This document shows, piece by piece, positions 19,757 to 29,469 of a stretch of 61,667 nucleotides of DNA (its first letter is position 1; each line of letters begins with the position of its first letter). Source of the DNA: a virus. Lineage: Duplodnaviria; Caudoviricetes. The DNA lies in the IMG/VR virus record IMGVR_UViG_3300005253_000118, positions 1 to 61,667 of that record. The stretch is one strand, 5' to 3'. The notes beneath the pieces were generated by a model. That model ran no database searches, was not told the DNA's origin, and saw only the letters and a program-made list of their open reading frames with translations. Position numbers and translations under genes: made by a program.

Positions 19757-20740
19757 TTACTCCTCAAAGCCAAATTCTATGCTCGGCACTTGCCCTTTTA
19801 GCTCAATCTCCGGTACGGCCCCCGTCCAAACGATACCCGGTATTTGACCCACAAACGTCATATTCACCATCCCAGGTGGCAAGAAAACTAATGCCGGAGA
19901 GTCCGAACTTAACAGATGATCCGAATCATTTGGCTCTAGTATGATAATTATCAGCGGCTGATCTGAACTAAGAGCGTGAGCCGCATCATTCGGGACTAAC
20001 AAAATAATAAGCAACGGTGAATCCGAATCCATCAAATGGGTTGAATCGTTTACCGACAATATGGATAATATCTGAACGATTGCCGGTTGATCCGAACTCA
20101 TGGCGTGAGTTGAATCATTGACCATAATTCCAGCGTCTAAATTTTGGATAAACCCACTTGCTGTGTTGGCGGTACTGTTATCATCATAACTTCCGCCTGC
20201 ATACAGATAACGGAAGTCATTTTGTTCCCCCACACCGCAATCTACCGTCAATGTATCTTGCAATGCGCCTGCATGGCTTCCTGTCCTGATTTCAGCCGTT
20301 ATTCTTCCTGTGCCATTTACTCCACCACCATCATCTCTTGTTACTGTAATGTAATATGTTGTATTTGCTTGTGGCCCAGGCTGCGACCACTCATCCGATG
20401 TTTGTACGCCATCCTCAATAACCCCTAACCGCACACTTTCAGTATCATCAAATACCCACAAATAAATTCCATCTTCACTCGCATCAACAACTCCCTTCCT
20501 ATCATTTATAGAGTTTGCTAATCCCCAAAAATCTATTAGCGTACCGTCTCCAACAGAGGAAAATTCAATCTCAAAACGATGGGTAAAATCGCCGTTAAAA
20601 TATCCAGCACCCATATCTTTATAGACATAAAATGTATCCTGTCGCCCAAGAACATTGGTGAAAGTTACTTTGCTGGCGGCTACTGTTATATCCGCACCGG
20701 GATCAACTTCCGTAAATGTCGTAAAATCTATACCGGACAA
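19757..20740 (-). CDS. Putative tail/virion protein (lectin-like beta domain plus repeats)
   Basis: TTFTEVDP start; C-terminal repeats NDSTH...SD.P. Confidence 0.55.
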   Translation of the reverse strand: MSGIDFTTFTEVDPGADITVAASKVTFTNVLGRQDTFYVYKDMGAGYFNGDFTHRFEIEFSSVGDGTLIDFWGLANSINDRKGVVDASEDGIYLWVFDDTESVRLGVIEDGVQTSDEWSQPGPQANTTYYITVTRDDGGGVNGTGRITAEIRTGSHAGALQDTLTVDCGVGEQNDFRYLYAGGSYDDNSTANTASGFIQNLDAGIMVNDSTHAMSSDQPAIVQILSILSVNDSTHLMDSDSPLLIILLVPNDAAHALSSDQPLIIIILEPNDSDHLLSSDSPALVFLPPGMVNMTFVGQIPGIVWTGAVPEIELKGQVPSIEFGFEE

Positions 20741-21079
20741 TTAAGTCACCACCACCATATTTTTAACTGTAAAACGCACAGACTCTTTCAATTTCAACCC
20801 AGCCCCATCCGAATGGTTATAAGTTCCTTCAAGAGTTAAGATTAAATCCCTGTCAGAACCGGAAGTAGGAAGATCGTCACCAGACAGAACCACCTTATCG
20901 GCTGCTGTGGGGACTGCAATAGTTACAGCAGAACGGCTGTTTATAACCGTTCCGTCCACATCTGTCAGCTTCCACACCATTGTTTGCGGAGTTACCGAAT
21001 TTTTTTTATGGTCTTTATACGTTGCTGTAATAACTATTGTTCCCTCCTCATTCGGCCTGACTGTTATTTTCTTAGGCAT
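20741..21079 (-). CDS. Small virion protein
   Basis: E.GT......D.....VTP....W.LTD..G.VINSR motif. Confidence 0.5.
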   Translation of the reverse strand: MPKKITVRPNEEGTIVITATYKDHKKNSVTPQTMVWKLTDVDGTVINSRSAVTIAVPTAADKVVLSGDDLPTSGSDRDLILTLEGTYNHSDGAGLKLKESVRFTVKNMVVVT

Positions 21080-21948
21080 TAGAAATCCGCCCTGTATCTT
21101 TTAGGTATGTGATCCCTCCGAATCGCTTTTGTCATTACCGCGTTGTTAATCATGTTCCTGAGAACACTATCAACGCTTGAAAGCTCTCCCCTCCGAGCCT
21201 TCCCGTACATAACCAAACCCTCTCTGAGAAGCTCGTTAAACTCGTCATTATAAGGCATGGGGGTGTTCATCTCTAAGGCCGCGCTCTTCTGATTATATCG
21301 AATGAAAAGCCCGTAAGCCTGGTTAGCCTTGTGGTCAAAAATTAAGTCTGTGCCCTCATACGCCCAATAATAAGGCCGCCCGGTGCCAGAGATCTGCATA
21401 CGCTTTTCGTGAATAACATCCGTTGATTTCTTAACAACCTCATCACTTTTCTGAGCGAATATAGTGCCGGATGCGTCGGCCGTACCTTCATTTACGATCA
21501 CGTTTTCATTCACGGTAATCAAGATTTCAGTTACGGCGCTGACAGATAAAAGACCTATATCATTGGTGTTATTGCTGGTGCTCCCGGTAATACCAATAGT
21601 TTGATTAACAGCTATTCCATTGGTTGAAAATGTGCCTGCTGCGGTTGCAATGGTGTCTCCGGCTGCTGTGAAAGTAAGGTCGGTAAAAGAATCGATAATA
21701 TCCGTTACCCAAATAGAACGGATTGAGATACATCTGGTGGGCATAGTAATTTTCTGCAAGCCTGCCGTTAATCCGGCGCTCACCTGCGTTTGATGAAGCC
21801 AATCGGAGTCCATCGACAATAAAACACTGTCAAGAACAATGACCACCCGGTTGAGGTAAACTAACAGTTCAGCCGGGTCAAACGATGAGCCTCTTACCGC
21901 TCTGAGATCGTATCTTGCAGATGTTATTACGTTGTCTGCTGTCGCCAT
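21079..21948 (-). CDS. Head-tail adaptor protein
   Basis: TA..VI..AR..L...EL..YLN start and GRP.Y motif typical of phage adaptors. Confidence 0.65.
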   Translation of the reverse strand: MATADNVITSARYDLRAVRGSSFDPAELLVYLNRVVIVLDSVLLSMDSDWLHQTQVSAGLTAGLQKITMPTRCISIRSIWVTDIIDSFTDLTFTAAGDTIATAAGTFSTNGIAVNQTIGITGSTSNNTNDIGLLSVSAVTEILITVNENVIVNEGTADASGTIFAQKSDEVVKKSTDVIHEKRMQISGTGRPYYWAYEGTDLIFDHKANQAYGLFIRYNQKSAALEMNTPMPYNDEFNELLREGLVMYGKARRGELSSVDSVLRNMINNAVMTKAIRRDHIPKRYRADF

Positions 21949-22219
21949 TTAGCTGTCCTCTAAAAGCAATTGCGGGAAACGGTCCCCAGTTACTAGTATG
22001 AAAAACCGCTTTCGGGGGAGGGTGTCCCTATCCCGCAATACTTGGTTAAACCGTTATCGTCTACGCCTTAATTTGTCTCTAACGCCACGGAAAGGTCCTA
22101 AAAAATAGAACCGCGCCATTGCCCTTGGAAACTGTAGCCAAAAGCTAATACGCCCACATTTAGGATAGTCCATATACGATTTAGATTCTGTAATGAATCC
22201 TTTCCACATAATAACCTCC

Positions 22220-22669
22220 TTACTTAGACCTCAAAGCCAACGCGCAAACCTCAACTACGCCAGAGGTAGCCGCCTTGTTCAGTTTCAAGTCAATAGTGTC
22301 GTCAGACGAAAAGTGAAATGGTTCATTCACTCCCCTCTCAACTATCCCGCCGCCACTTGACTCCTGGTGCTGACCTGAAATAACGCCAGTTGCAGTTAAT
22401 TTCAAAAACTGCCCCCATTTATCGGGATCCGATCCGTAACCCAAATCACCGTTTACGCCGGTTGCACAAGCCGTAATCACTCGAAGCCATGCGTGCATAA
22501 TCCATGTGTCTGCAGGGACTTGTATTGCTTGAAAAACATCATTTATAGAAGCGCTCAGGGTCGTGAAACTGATCTGATTTCTCCAGATCTCGAATCTCAC
22601 CAACGACCTCTTGGAGGTATTCCAAGCACTTCCGTAAGTCCCATCTAAAAACTGCGCTCTTGTTGCCAT
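22220..22669 (-). CDS. Putative capsid decoration/cement protein
   Basis: DV..AI.VPA.T.I......V....DTIDL pattern; downstream of MCP. Confidence 0.55.
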   Translation of the reverse strand: MATRAQFLDGTYGSAWNTSKRSLVRFEIWRNQISFTTLSASINDVFQAIQVPADTWIMHAWLRVITACATGVNGDLGYGSDPDKWGQFLKLTATGVISGQHQESSGGGIVERGVNEPFHFSSDDTIDLKLNKAATSGVVEVCALALRSK

Positions 22670-22682
22670 TGTTTTTGTTCTC

Positions 22683-23069
22683 CTATCCTACTGTTCGTGT
22701 TGGAGCTGGTGCCCAGCTCTTTAGCATTTCAACCCTTTCGTCTTCCGGTATAAGTTCGTACCAGAGACAAAATGGCCTCCACATTTTCACTTCATCTCCG
22801 CCCTTAAATCCTTTGCACACAAACGGGCGCGTTTCATATATCTTACAACCCTCATCGGTTATCTGCTGACAGGCGTGGGGAAGGAGCGTTCCAACCCTCC
22901 CCCCATCGGTAATAAGCATTATTCCCCAAGCAGTAAGAAATTCTAATTTTTGACCATCCATCTTCTTGGTATTGAGCATAAACCGACAGCAAAACTGGCA
23001 TTTACGGCATAACTCAGCTTCCAGCTCCGGTGTAAGGTCTTTCTTCCGTCTATACAGGAGATGATACAT
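22683..23069 (-). CDS. YkgJ-family (CxxxCxxCC-like) Fe/Zn cluster protein
   Basis: C.KC..CC and C.......C.IYE.RP..C..F motifs. Confidence 0.75.
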   Translation of the reverse strand: MYHLLYRRKKDLTPELEAELCRKCQFCCRFMLNTKKMDGQKLEFLTAWGIMLITDGGRVGTLLPHACQQITDEGCKIYETRPFVCKGFKGGDEVKMWRPFCLWYELIPEDERVEMLKSWAPAPTRTVG

Positions 23070-23080
23070 TCGGCACCTCC

Positions 23081-24115
23081 TTAATGCGGAGAAGGATCGT
23101 TTGGATTATCCACGGGAGCACTCGGCGGGATAGCTGTCAACTCGTCATGCTCACCTATAAATTCATCTCTGAATTTCGGCCGAATCGAATCCCTAAACCC
23201 CAACGCCATGGCAACTTCATTGCGATCTGCTTCATGCTTACCCGCAGCAGCCACAAGGTCTTTTGAAAGTGAATTAAGTTTATCCCCGTTAAAATTCTTT
23301 TCCGCTACCAGACCGTTGTTAAGCATCATCTCACACTCTTCCAAGGTCTTGTCGTGATAGGTTTCATACCCCGGATAAAGCGGTTTGCCGTCCGTAAACT
23401 CCTTATAGGTCGGGTCTGCCCCGGCATACGCCCAATGAATCCACACTCGCTTTATGTGAGTGCGTACCATTTCCGGTTGATCGGCAGGGTTATTAATTTC
23501 TTCCACCTTATCCGTAAGAAAATCCTCTATCTCCATTTGTTCTTCGGTAATCTGCCAAGTAGACGATTTAGGGAACGCCATTTCAAATTCCGTACAGGCT
23601 CTTTTTAGAATAACCGGCACATCGGGAGAGATTGCGTCATTTACAGCTTCACGAACCACCTTGTAGCACTCGCGCCCGTTGGATAGCCCTTTATTATAGA
23701 AATACCCGCCATAGAGTTTCGCTGTGTATTCCCTGGCTTCTATGCCGCACTTGCTTGACATACCCAGCTTCCACTGAAGGTCTTTCAGCTTCCACAACTC
23801 GGAAAGCGACCTCGGACCCACAACTACTTTCCAGCATTCTTGACACTGGCTAGGCACAAACCATTGCCAGTGATTGAACATAATGAAATGCCAGAGATTG
23901 CATTTAAGGTTCTCTGCGTGTTTCTGGTGGAGCCACGGTGTGTTAAACCCCACGGCTTCCGTAGCCGTAGGCCGAATCATCCCGTTTGGCTTGATTAAAT
24001 AAGCACCCCTTGTAAGGGTCGGCATCAACCGGTCAATAATATCCTTTTTGTCTAACTTGCTGTAAATTCCTAAATCTTTAGAAGCCCTTGGCTTCATGTA
24101 TGAAAATTGTGACAT
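23081..24115 (-). CDS. Cys-motif domain of unknown function, paralogue 2
   Basis: CQECWKVVVGPRSL, SKCGIE, YGGYFY, VILKRACTEFE. Confidence 0.75.
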   Translation of the reverse strand: MSQFSYMKPRASKDLGIYSKLDKKDIIDRLMPTLTRGAYLIKPNGMIRPTATEAVGFNTPWLHQKHAENLKCNLWHFIMFNHWQWFVPSQCQECWKVVVGPRSLSELWKLKDLQWKLGMSSKCGIEAREYTAKLYGGYFYNKGLSNGRECYKVVREAVNDAISPDVPVILKRACTEFEMAFPKSSTWQITEEQMEIEDFLTDKVEEINNPADQPEMVRTHIKRVWIHWAYAGADPTYKEFTDGKPLYPGYETYHDKTLEECEMMLNNGLVAEKNFNGDKLNSLSKDLVAAAGKHEADRNEVAMALGFRDSIRPKFRDEFIGEHDELTAIPPSAPVDNPNDPSPH

Positions 24116-24120
24116 TTTAT

Positions 24121-24369
24121 TTACCCTCCTGAATGTTTGTTAATTGTAGGTTTTCTAACCAACATTTTTAACGGTTGTAGTGAATTGTTAAATGTTAATA
24201 CCTGAAGGAATATACGCCCAGTTAGTGCTGTCTTAATTCTTTCTAAAAATGAAAGTCTCCAACAAGACGTAACCCTGCCATCGTCTGACCTATGGGCAGG
24301 TAACGGTAAATATTCCACTTGATTTTCGGCATACGTGACATTACATTCCCTGAATTTTATAACGTCCAT
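24121..24369 (-). CDS. Conserved phage hypothetical protein
   Basis: F.E.N..YAE.Q.EY.PLPA...SCW.L...ER...L.TGRI.L motif. Confidence 0.6.
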   Translation of the reverse strand: MDVIKFRECNVTYAENQVEYLPLPAHRSDDGRVTSCWRLSFLERIKTALTGRIFLQVLTFNNSLQPLKMLVRKPTINKHSGG

Positions 24370-24392
24370 TTTAATTTACCCTCCTGGGTTTA

Positions 24393-24416
24393 GGGGAGAG
24401 AATTTAATCTCTCCCC
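24393..24416 (-). terminator. Stem-loop after decoration gene
   Basis: GGGGAGAGA/TCTCTCCCC inverted repeat. Confidence 0.5.
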
Positions 24417-24442
24417 GTTTGGTTAAGTTGCTGATTTAACTG

Positions 24443-25126
24443 CTATTCCGGGATGTAAACGCAGTCTGCCATAGCTTCCATTACTCCGGTAAACTTCGAA
24501 CCGGTCAGCACAGTAGACGACTTATCAACAGACTTCAGAGCCGAAGCTCCGGCCTTGTAGTTCATGGTCACAAACCCCCCGAACGGAAAGGTGATAGCCT
24601 CAAACTTATCAGAGGTTGTATGGTTAATCGCCATTGAAAGGGGCAGTGAACCTACAGCCTGACCAAAAGCAGAACTGATGAGACCAGTTGCTTTGGTAAT
24701 AGCGATAGACGCCATTAAGCCATCGATATCTACCTTTACGGATGCCGCTTTCTGAGAGGCTTCTTTATAAGCTGCCACTCCAATTTCCCACTTCCCAGAC
24801 TTGGCACCGGACGCATGGGCAGAGGCTATGCTAAACGCATGAGTCGCAGCGGTAGAACCCGGAGGAGTCAAAAATACCAGGGATTTTAACAGGGTCCGCT
24901 TAGGAATCGTAAGCACCTGATAGTTGGTTGCGGCTGCGGCCGCCGAGGCAATCGTACCCATAGTTTTACGGGCTGAACTATTCGTGCCTGCCCAGCTAAC
25001 CCGATTCCGAAGGGTAAAACCACCCTCTCTCGGAGTTGCAATTGGAGCCGCAATCGGATTGATCGCTGTAGACTGCAAGTTTTTGGCGCTGGCAAAAGCC
25101 GCCACTGTTAATGCTAGAGCTGCCAT
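24443..25126 (-). CDS. Putative capsid decoration protein
   Basis: Ala-rich, immediately downstream of MCP; same RBS context (AGGAGATTT) as MCP. Confidence 0.55.
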   Translation of the reverse strand: MAALALTVAAFASAKNLQSTAINPIAAPIATPREGGFTLRNRVSWAGTNSSARKTMGTIASAAAAATNYQVLTIPKRTLLKSLVFLTPPGSTAATHAFSIASAHASGAKSGKWEIGVAAYKEASQKAASVKVDIDGLMASIAITKATGLISSAFGQAVGSLPLSMAINHTTSDKFEAITFPFGGFVTMNYKAGASALKSVDKSSTVLTGSKFTGVMEAMADCVYIPE

Positions 25127-25222
25127 AATATAAAATCTCCTTTACTTGGGGTTACGATCCCCGTTTATTGGTTAAAAGGGGGAGGTTACGATCACTCCCC
25201 CTGGGTTAAACATTCTTACCTA

Positions 25223-26299
25223 TTAATTATGCACCACAGCGTAAGAAGAGATCGTCATACAGCCGTAATCCTTGCTGGCAAATCGGACCTTCTTCATACC
25301 GAAGACGGACCCAACAGCGATCCCTTTCTCGTTGCCATAGTCAGTTACTTCCTCAAACCACTTGAACATATTGCCCTTACCAACCTTTCGCTGTGCGATC
25401 GTGTCGTAGGCGTTGCCTTGTGCAAACACACCCGCTTGGGCACCCAGCATCAGGTTTCTCCGAACATCTGTACTCGGAGAGTGAATCCGCTGAGACTCAA
25501 AAAGGATGCAACCTTCGTAGACCCCTAGCGCACCGGTGAAAAGTGGGTTTTTAAGCCCTCTCCGGTTGGCATACATCTGAATATCGCTCCACTTGGTGTA
25601 AGTGGAAGCCGCTATATTCAGTTTCAGGTCGGTTACGGAAAAGGGATGCAGAACCACAACGTAATACTCTTCACCATCCACAATTGCCGGACGGATCGGA
25701 GGTGTAATGGTCTTTGCCTTTTCCTTGGCAAAGTTCAGGTCTGCCAGCGCAATCTGAGAGGTAGAACCTAAATTACCTTCATCAGTTACAATCGCACCTG
25801 TGTGGCCTACAGTGCCGGTCACTACATAGTGATCGGTATCAGCAACCACCCCGGTGTTACCGGCAAAAGACAGGCCAGTGTCCCCACCAAGATACCTGAA
25901 CATGTAATCGTCGTACTTACCGGCATACCAGTCTGAGAGGTTCGTCTGCGCGTCGCTTCGCATGTTGTGAAGCGTTCTTTGCTGACTCATATGCTTGAAG
26001 GAATGTGCGTTCCGAAGCTGGTTAATTTTCACTGAATCCTGTTCATAAACCAGAGGCTCTTCAAAGTCCTTCATCCGGTTATCGCCTTCTATGCCGGCGT
26101 TCGTCATTTGCATCAGGAGGTCAAACTTAATTTCATCCCCCTTGCCTTTCTCCAGGTCTTTAAGACGCTGAAGTATCGCTTTTTTACCGTCACCCAGAAA
26201 CTTCTTGAAATAGGTAGCTTTTAGGGCTTCCCTCATCAGAAGGCTGGACCAAATCTTGACGGTTTGTGCGTCGTTAGTACCGAATTCTGTTACGGCCAT
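25223..26299 (-). CDS. Major capsid protein (N4-gp56/DUF4043-like)
   Basis: F.TND...VK.WS, L.K..GD.I.F.L, EE.L......I.Q.R.A, YYV..LHP, KNPLFTG.LG.Y.G, DYGN.KG motifs. Confidence 0.9.
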   Translation of the reverse strand: MAVTEFGTNDAQTVKIWSSLLMREALKATYFKKFLGDGKKAILQRLKDLEKGKGDEIKFDLLMQMTNAGIEGDNRMKDFEEPLVYEQDSVKINQLRNAHSFKHMSQQRTLHNMRSDAQTNLSDWYAGKYDDYMFRYLGGDTGLSFAGNTGVVADTDHYVVTGTVGHTGAIVTDEGNLGSTSQIALADLNFAKEKAKTITPPIRPAIVDGEEYYVVVLHPFSVTDLKLNIAASTYTKWSDIQMYANRRGLKNPLFTGALGVYEGCILFESQRIHSPSTDVRRNLMLGAQAGVFAQGNAYDTIAQRKVGKGNMFKWFEEVTDYGNEKGIAVGSVFGMKKVRFASKDYGCMTISSYAVVHN

Positions 26300-26346
26300 A
26301 ATAAATCTCCTTTGTCGTTATTTTTATGCGACAGACAAAGGTACAA

Positions 26347-27363
26347 TTAAGCGGTTTCTTCTTCTGTAGCCATAAGCCGGTGAAGTTTAGCGACTTGCTC
26401 GTCACTCATGTCTTCAATCTCATCGGACCTGTCGGCAATTTCGTCCAAGGTAAGCGTACCCTTCGTTCCCTTCTGATTTCTCATTTGGGACAGATTGCTT
26501 GCCTTTCCAGCGATTTCCTTTAAATTGGCCGCCGCTGTTTTGTCACCACCTGGCGTTTCCGTACCCGCGACACTCTTTAATGCTATACGGAGGTCGCGTT
26601 TGCCGTCATACATTCTGACAGCACGCTCCATGTCGAGCCCTGGAAACTGTTTGTTAAAATCCGATTCAATATTCTCACTTTCAGCTACATCCAACGCTTC
26701 GCCGGTAGACATTATCCCGCTCAGATCGTTAGCCTCTTGGTATCTGATAATTTTATCGTTAAACCAATCGGCCGCCTTCTGTAGTTGATTGTGTGCTGAA
26801 GCATACGCTGGGTCTTCCCCAACTATTGACTGTACCGTGTCTTGAAACCCCTGCTCTTGCTGTTGGATAGCCATGTTTCGCGCCATCTGGTTTTTGATCT
26901 CTGTAACATCTTCCTTACTCGCACCTGTCGCGTGCGAAGAGGCTAAAAGGGCTTTCAGGTTGTCATCAATGGGTATAAAAGCTGCGCCATCATCATCAAC
27001 CTGAACAGCAAGTCGATCGATCTTTGGCGATTCTGCCTTTTTTTGGTCAGCGAGTTCTTCCCGCCGTGCCATTGATTCAGAGAACACGTCCGTAATTCCC
27101 TGCATTTTGCCTTCTAACTCCTGCCGTTTGCCTCTCTCGGCTTTCATGGACTCGTATAAGCCCTTGTTTTCCTTTTCCAGATTTGCGAAACGATCTTCCA
27201 GTGTCGGCTCGTCTTCCTTATCCTTCTTTTTATCGGGATCGTCGGGATCCTTACCGTCGTCTAAAAGACTATCCATTTCTGCCTTGCTCTGATCCTCTGC
27301 CGCTTTTTTTAATTCCTCGTCTGTCATGTCTTCTGTGTTAAGTGTTTCTTTTTCTTTTGCCAT
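26347..27363 (-). CDS. Capsid scaffolding protein
   Basis: Acidic coiled coil with ER.KRQE motif and C-terminal MSDE; upstream of MCP. Confidence 0.75.
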   Translation of the reverse strand: MAKEKETLNTEDMTDEELKKAAEDQSKAEMDSLLDDGKDPDDPDKKKDKEDEPTLEDRFANLEKENKGLYESMKAERGKRQELEGKMQGITDVFSESMARREELADQKKAESPKIDRLAVQVDDDGAAFIPIDDNLKALLASSHATGASKEDVTEIKNQMARNMAIQQQEQGFQDTVQSIVGEDPAYASAHNQLQKAADWFNDKIIRYQEANDLSGIMSTGEALDVAESENIESDFNKQFPGLDMERAVRMYDGKRDLRIALKSVAGTETPGGDKTAAANLKEIAGKASNLSQMRNQKGTKGTLTLDEIADRSDEIEDMSDEQVAKLHRLMATEEETA

Positions 27364-27435
27364 TGCCTATGTTCTCCTTTCGCCCTTATAGTTGGCGTCA
27401 CTTATTCGTCAGTAGGCCGACGTCGCCTTAAAAAA

Positions 27436-27483
27436 CAAAAAGCCCGACCAGAGACTTGTATCGTGTCTCTCTAATCGGGCTTC
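27436..27483 (-). terminator. Stem-loop with U-tract upstream of scaffold gene
   Basis: AAGCCCGA...TCGGGCTT followed by TTTGTTTTTT on the minus strand. Confidence 0.55.
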
Positions 27484-27571
27484 TTGGTAGGCAGATAATA
27501 AACCTCAAAAAAACTATCTACGCCCAGGTAAGAACCTGTGTTTAACTCTGAATTTTATTGTCGGATCTTCG

Positions 27572-27700
27572 CTCACCGTGGGGGAATTGAACCCCCGGTC
27601 CTACTTTGCACGCTGAGCCTTACCCCTTGCGGGAACCACGTCTATGCTCTCAACAACGGGCTATGCAAAGCGTATCGCTTTACCTTTAAGCTATCGGTGA
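27572..27700 (-). ncRNA. tRNA-like RNA with expanded anticodon arm
   Basis: Acceptor TCACCG/CGGTGA, D-arm GCTT-AAAGGTA-AAGC, T-arm GGGGG-TTCAATT-CCCCC; anticodon loop replaced by a ~50-nt insert closed by CTTTGCA/TGCAAAG. Confidence 0.65.
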
Positions 27701-27765
27701 ACTCCCCGACAAATTGTTTTTGGGCCGGTTGTGCGCCCGGTTTATTTAATCCTTTATATTTTAAT

Positions 27766-27867
27766 CAGCATGTGCCGGAATTGAACCAGCAAGGACCATC
27801 CGTTACATCTGGACTCGAACCAGAAACCTGTGGGTAGCTATTTCCCACTTTGCACCAGGGCACGCTG
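27766..27867 (-). ncRNA. tRNA-like RNA with two T-arms
   Basis: Closing stem CAGCGTG/CATGCTG; GTGGG/CCCAC arm; T-arms TCTGG-TTCGAGT-CCAGA and GCTGG-TTCAATT-CCGGC; no proper D-arm. Confidence 0.55.
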
Positions 27868-28088
27868 CCGTTATTTCCTCTTGGCTAATCTTTTACGTTC
27901 CCCTCCCTTATGTCGGGAGTAGTTAACCCTAATTCTTTAGCTTTTTTTAGGATATCATCGTTATATTTTCTCATTGCCTTGCCATGCTTAATAAAGTATT
28001 GTATGACAATAGCCTGTGTTTCTGGGGATATATAAAACTTATCCATTCCGTTTCTCCCTCTTCAGCCTAGCCTTAACTTCCCTATATT

Positions 28089-28346
28089 TTAATCTGACAT
28101 CGCAATTATCGTATCCATACATGCCCTCTTGGATACTTCAATCTCTTTGTCCGTAAAAGGAGCTGGTCTTGTGCCACAATAAGGGCAATAATGCACACGC
28201 TCCTGTGGCATCAGCTCAATAATATCGTCCTCATCTTCCCTCTTGCGAATAATAACAGCGGTCAATATAAATTTAAGCTTACACGAATCGCAAACGAGCA
28301 TATATTCATCAATTTTTCTGAGCGTTGGAATCAATTGGTTTTTCAC
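28089..28346 (-). CDS. Small zinc-ribbon protein
   Basis: CDSC ... CPYCG. Confidence 0.55.
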   Translation of the reverse strand: MKNQLIPTLRKIDEYMLVCDSCKLKFILTAVIIRKREDEDDIIELMPQERVHYCPYCGTRPAPFTDKEIEVSKRACMDTIIAMSD

Positions 28347-28528
28347 CCCTCTCCCCCCTTTCGTTTCTCCTTCTTAATCTTATCCTTAGCTTCCCTCTTG
28401 GCGTTCTTAGCTATTTTGCGCTCTTTATTCTTATCCCGCCTGTTCTCAGCCTTATACCGGACATTTGACGGGTTTCTCCCCCACCGCCCTATCTTTTTAC
28501 CACCCTTTTTTCCTGTGCTTGCTGGCAT
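28343..28528 (-). CDS. Small Lys/Arg-rich protein
   Basis: Highly basic 61 aa, coupled to neighbours. Confidence 0.5.
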   Translation of the reverse strand: MPASTGKKGGKKIGRWGRNPSNVRYKAENRRDKNKERKIAKNAKREAKDKIKKEKRKGGEG

Positions 28529-29247
28529 TAGGCCTCCTGATCCGGTTGATTAAAAATCGCGCTCTTTGGCAAATCGTTAAAATTGACTTCGGTTATACGG
28601 TTACCCGTTTTTTTAAACCCCTTTTCATCCCATAAACAGGCGGCGGCAAACGTAAGCACCTTATCCGTATAAGGCAGCGATTCTCCAGTTCTGACCGGGT
28701 CAATACAGAACGTAGTCGCGTGCCAGCCGCTCTTTAGCAGTCTCTTCCCGTCTATCCGGGCAACATCCGGCTTTGACGAAAAGGGGTTGTTCTTTCTATA
28801 ACTCCCGAAGAGATTACCTATTAACCATAGGCTTGTACCGCTCACGGCTAACCTGTTGGTCTCCCGGTAAACCTGCCACTGTTCAAAACCGATTAAATCT
28901 CTAAGCATTTCCTGCGCTTTTGATTCCGCCTTAAAGGGCTTTCGGGTTTCCTTTTTTGATTTAGACGGGCGTTTAGCAGGAACCAGGCGCCCGTCTAAAT
29001 CGTGCATCAACGCTTCTTCTGCGCCCTCTAACCGAATGCCACCTAAATACGCCGCTGCGTTCAAGGCACCATCGGCGGGCATACATACCGCTGAACAACA
29101 GGCGGGAGCAAAACTAGAACGAACTTGCTGTTGCTGCGCCTGTTGTATTTGTGCCCGCCCCTGCATTTCGCTCTGCTGTTGCTGCGCCATAAGCTCTGCA
29201 TACCGGAGCTGTTCTTGTTGAGGACTATAGCTCTTCACAATAGCCAA
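28528..29247 (-). CDS. Hypothetical protein, partner of the GG-terminated protein
   Basis: C-terminal AE.KA..ML...Q...Y...CI.P...LP..D.......DE..F....N pattern; Q-rich N-terminus. Confidence 0.6.
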   Translation of the reverse strand: MAIVKSYSPQQEQLRYAELMAQQQQSEMQGRAQIQQAQQQQVRSSFAPACCSAVCMPADGALNAAAYLGGIRLEGAEEALMHDLDGRLVPAKRPSKSKKETRKPFKAESKAQEMLRDLIGFEQWQVYRETNRLAVSGTSLWLIGNLFGSYRKNNPFSSKPDVARIDGKRLLKSGWHATTFCIDPVRTGESLPYTDKVLTFAAACLWDEKGFKKTGNRITEVNFNDLPKSAIFNQPDQEA

Positions 29248-29251
29248 AAAC

Positions 29252-29452
29252 TCACCCTCCCATTATCTGAGGCATCCAGGTAACTTCCTCGGCCTCCTTG
29301 TCAAACACCCTCATCGGCTTAAGGCCACGGCCCTTTACAACCTCAAACGGTCTCATATTGGCCTGAACAAGTTCGTCAAACTTAATCTCTGCCACTTCTG
29401 GCGTATAGTCACAAGCGGCGTCCCCTTTATTACTCATAATTTTAAATAACAT
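29252..29452 (-). CDS. Small protein with C-terminal Gly-Gly (ubiquitin/ThiS-like terminus)
   Basis: 66 aa ending FD.EAEEV..MPQIMGG. Confidence 0.65.
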   Translation of the reverse strand: MLFKIMSNKGDAACDYTPEVAEIKFDELVQANMRPFEVVKGRGLKPMRVFDKEAEEVTWMPQIMGG

Positions 29453-29469
29453 TTTTCTACCCTCCTACT

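Noticed and set aside
27538-27837. 99-aa plus-strand ORF
   Set aside because: Antisense to tRNA-like elements; GIEPP and GLEPET are translations of T-arm complements
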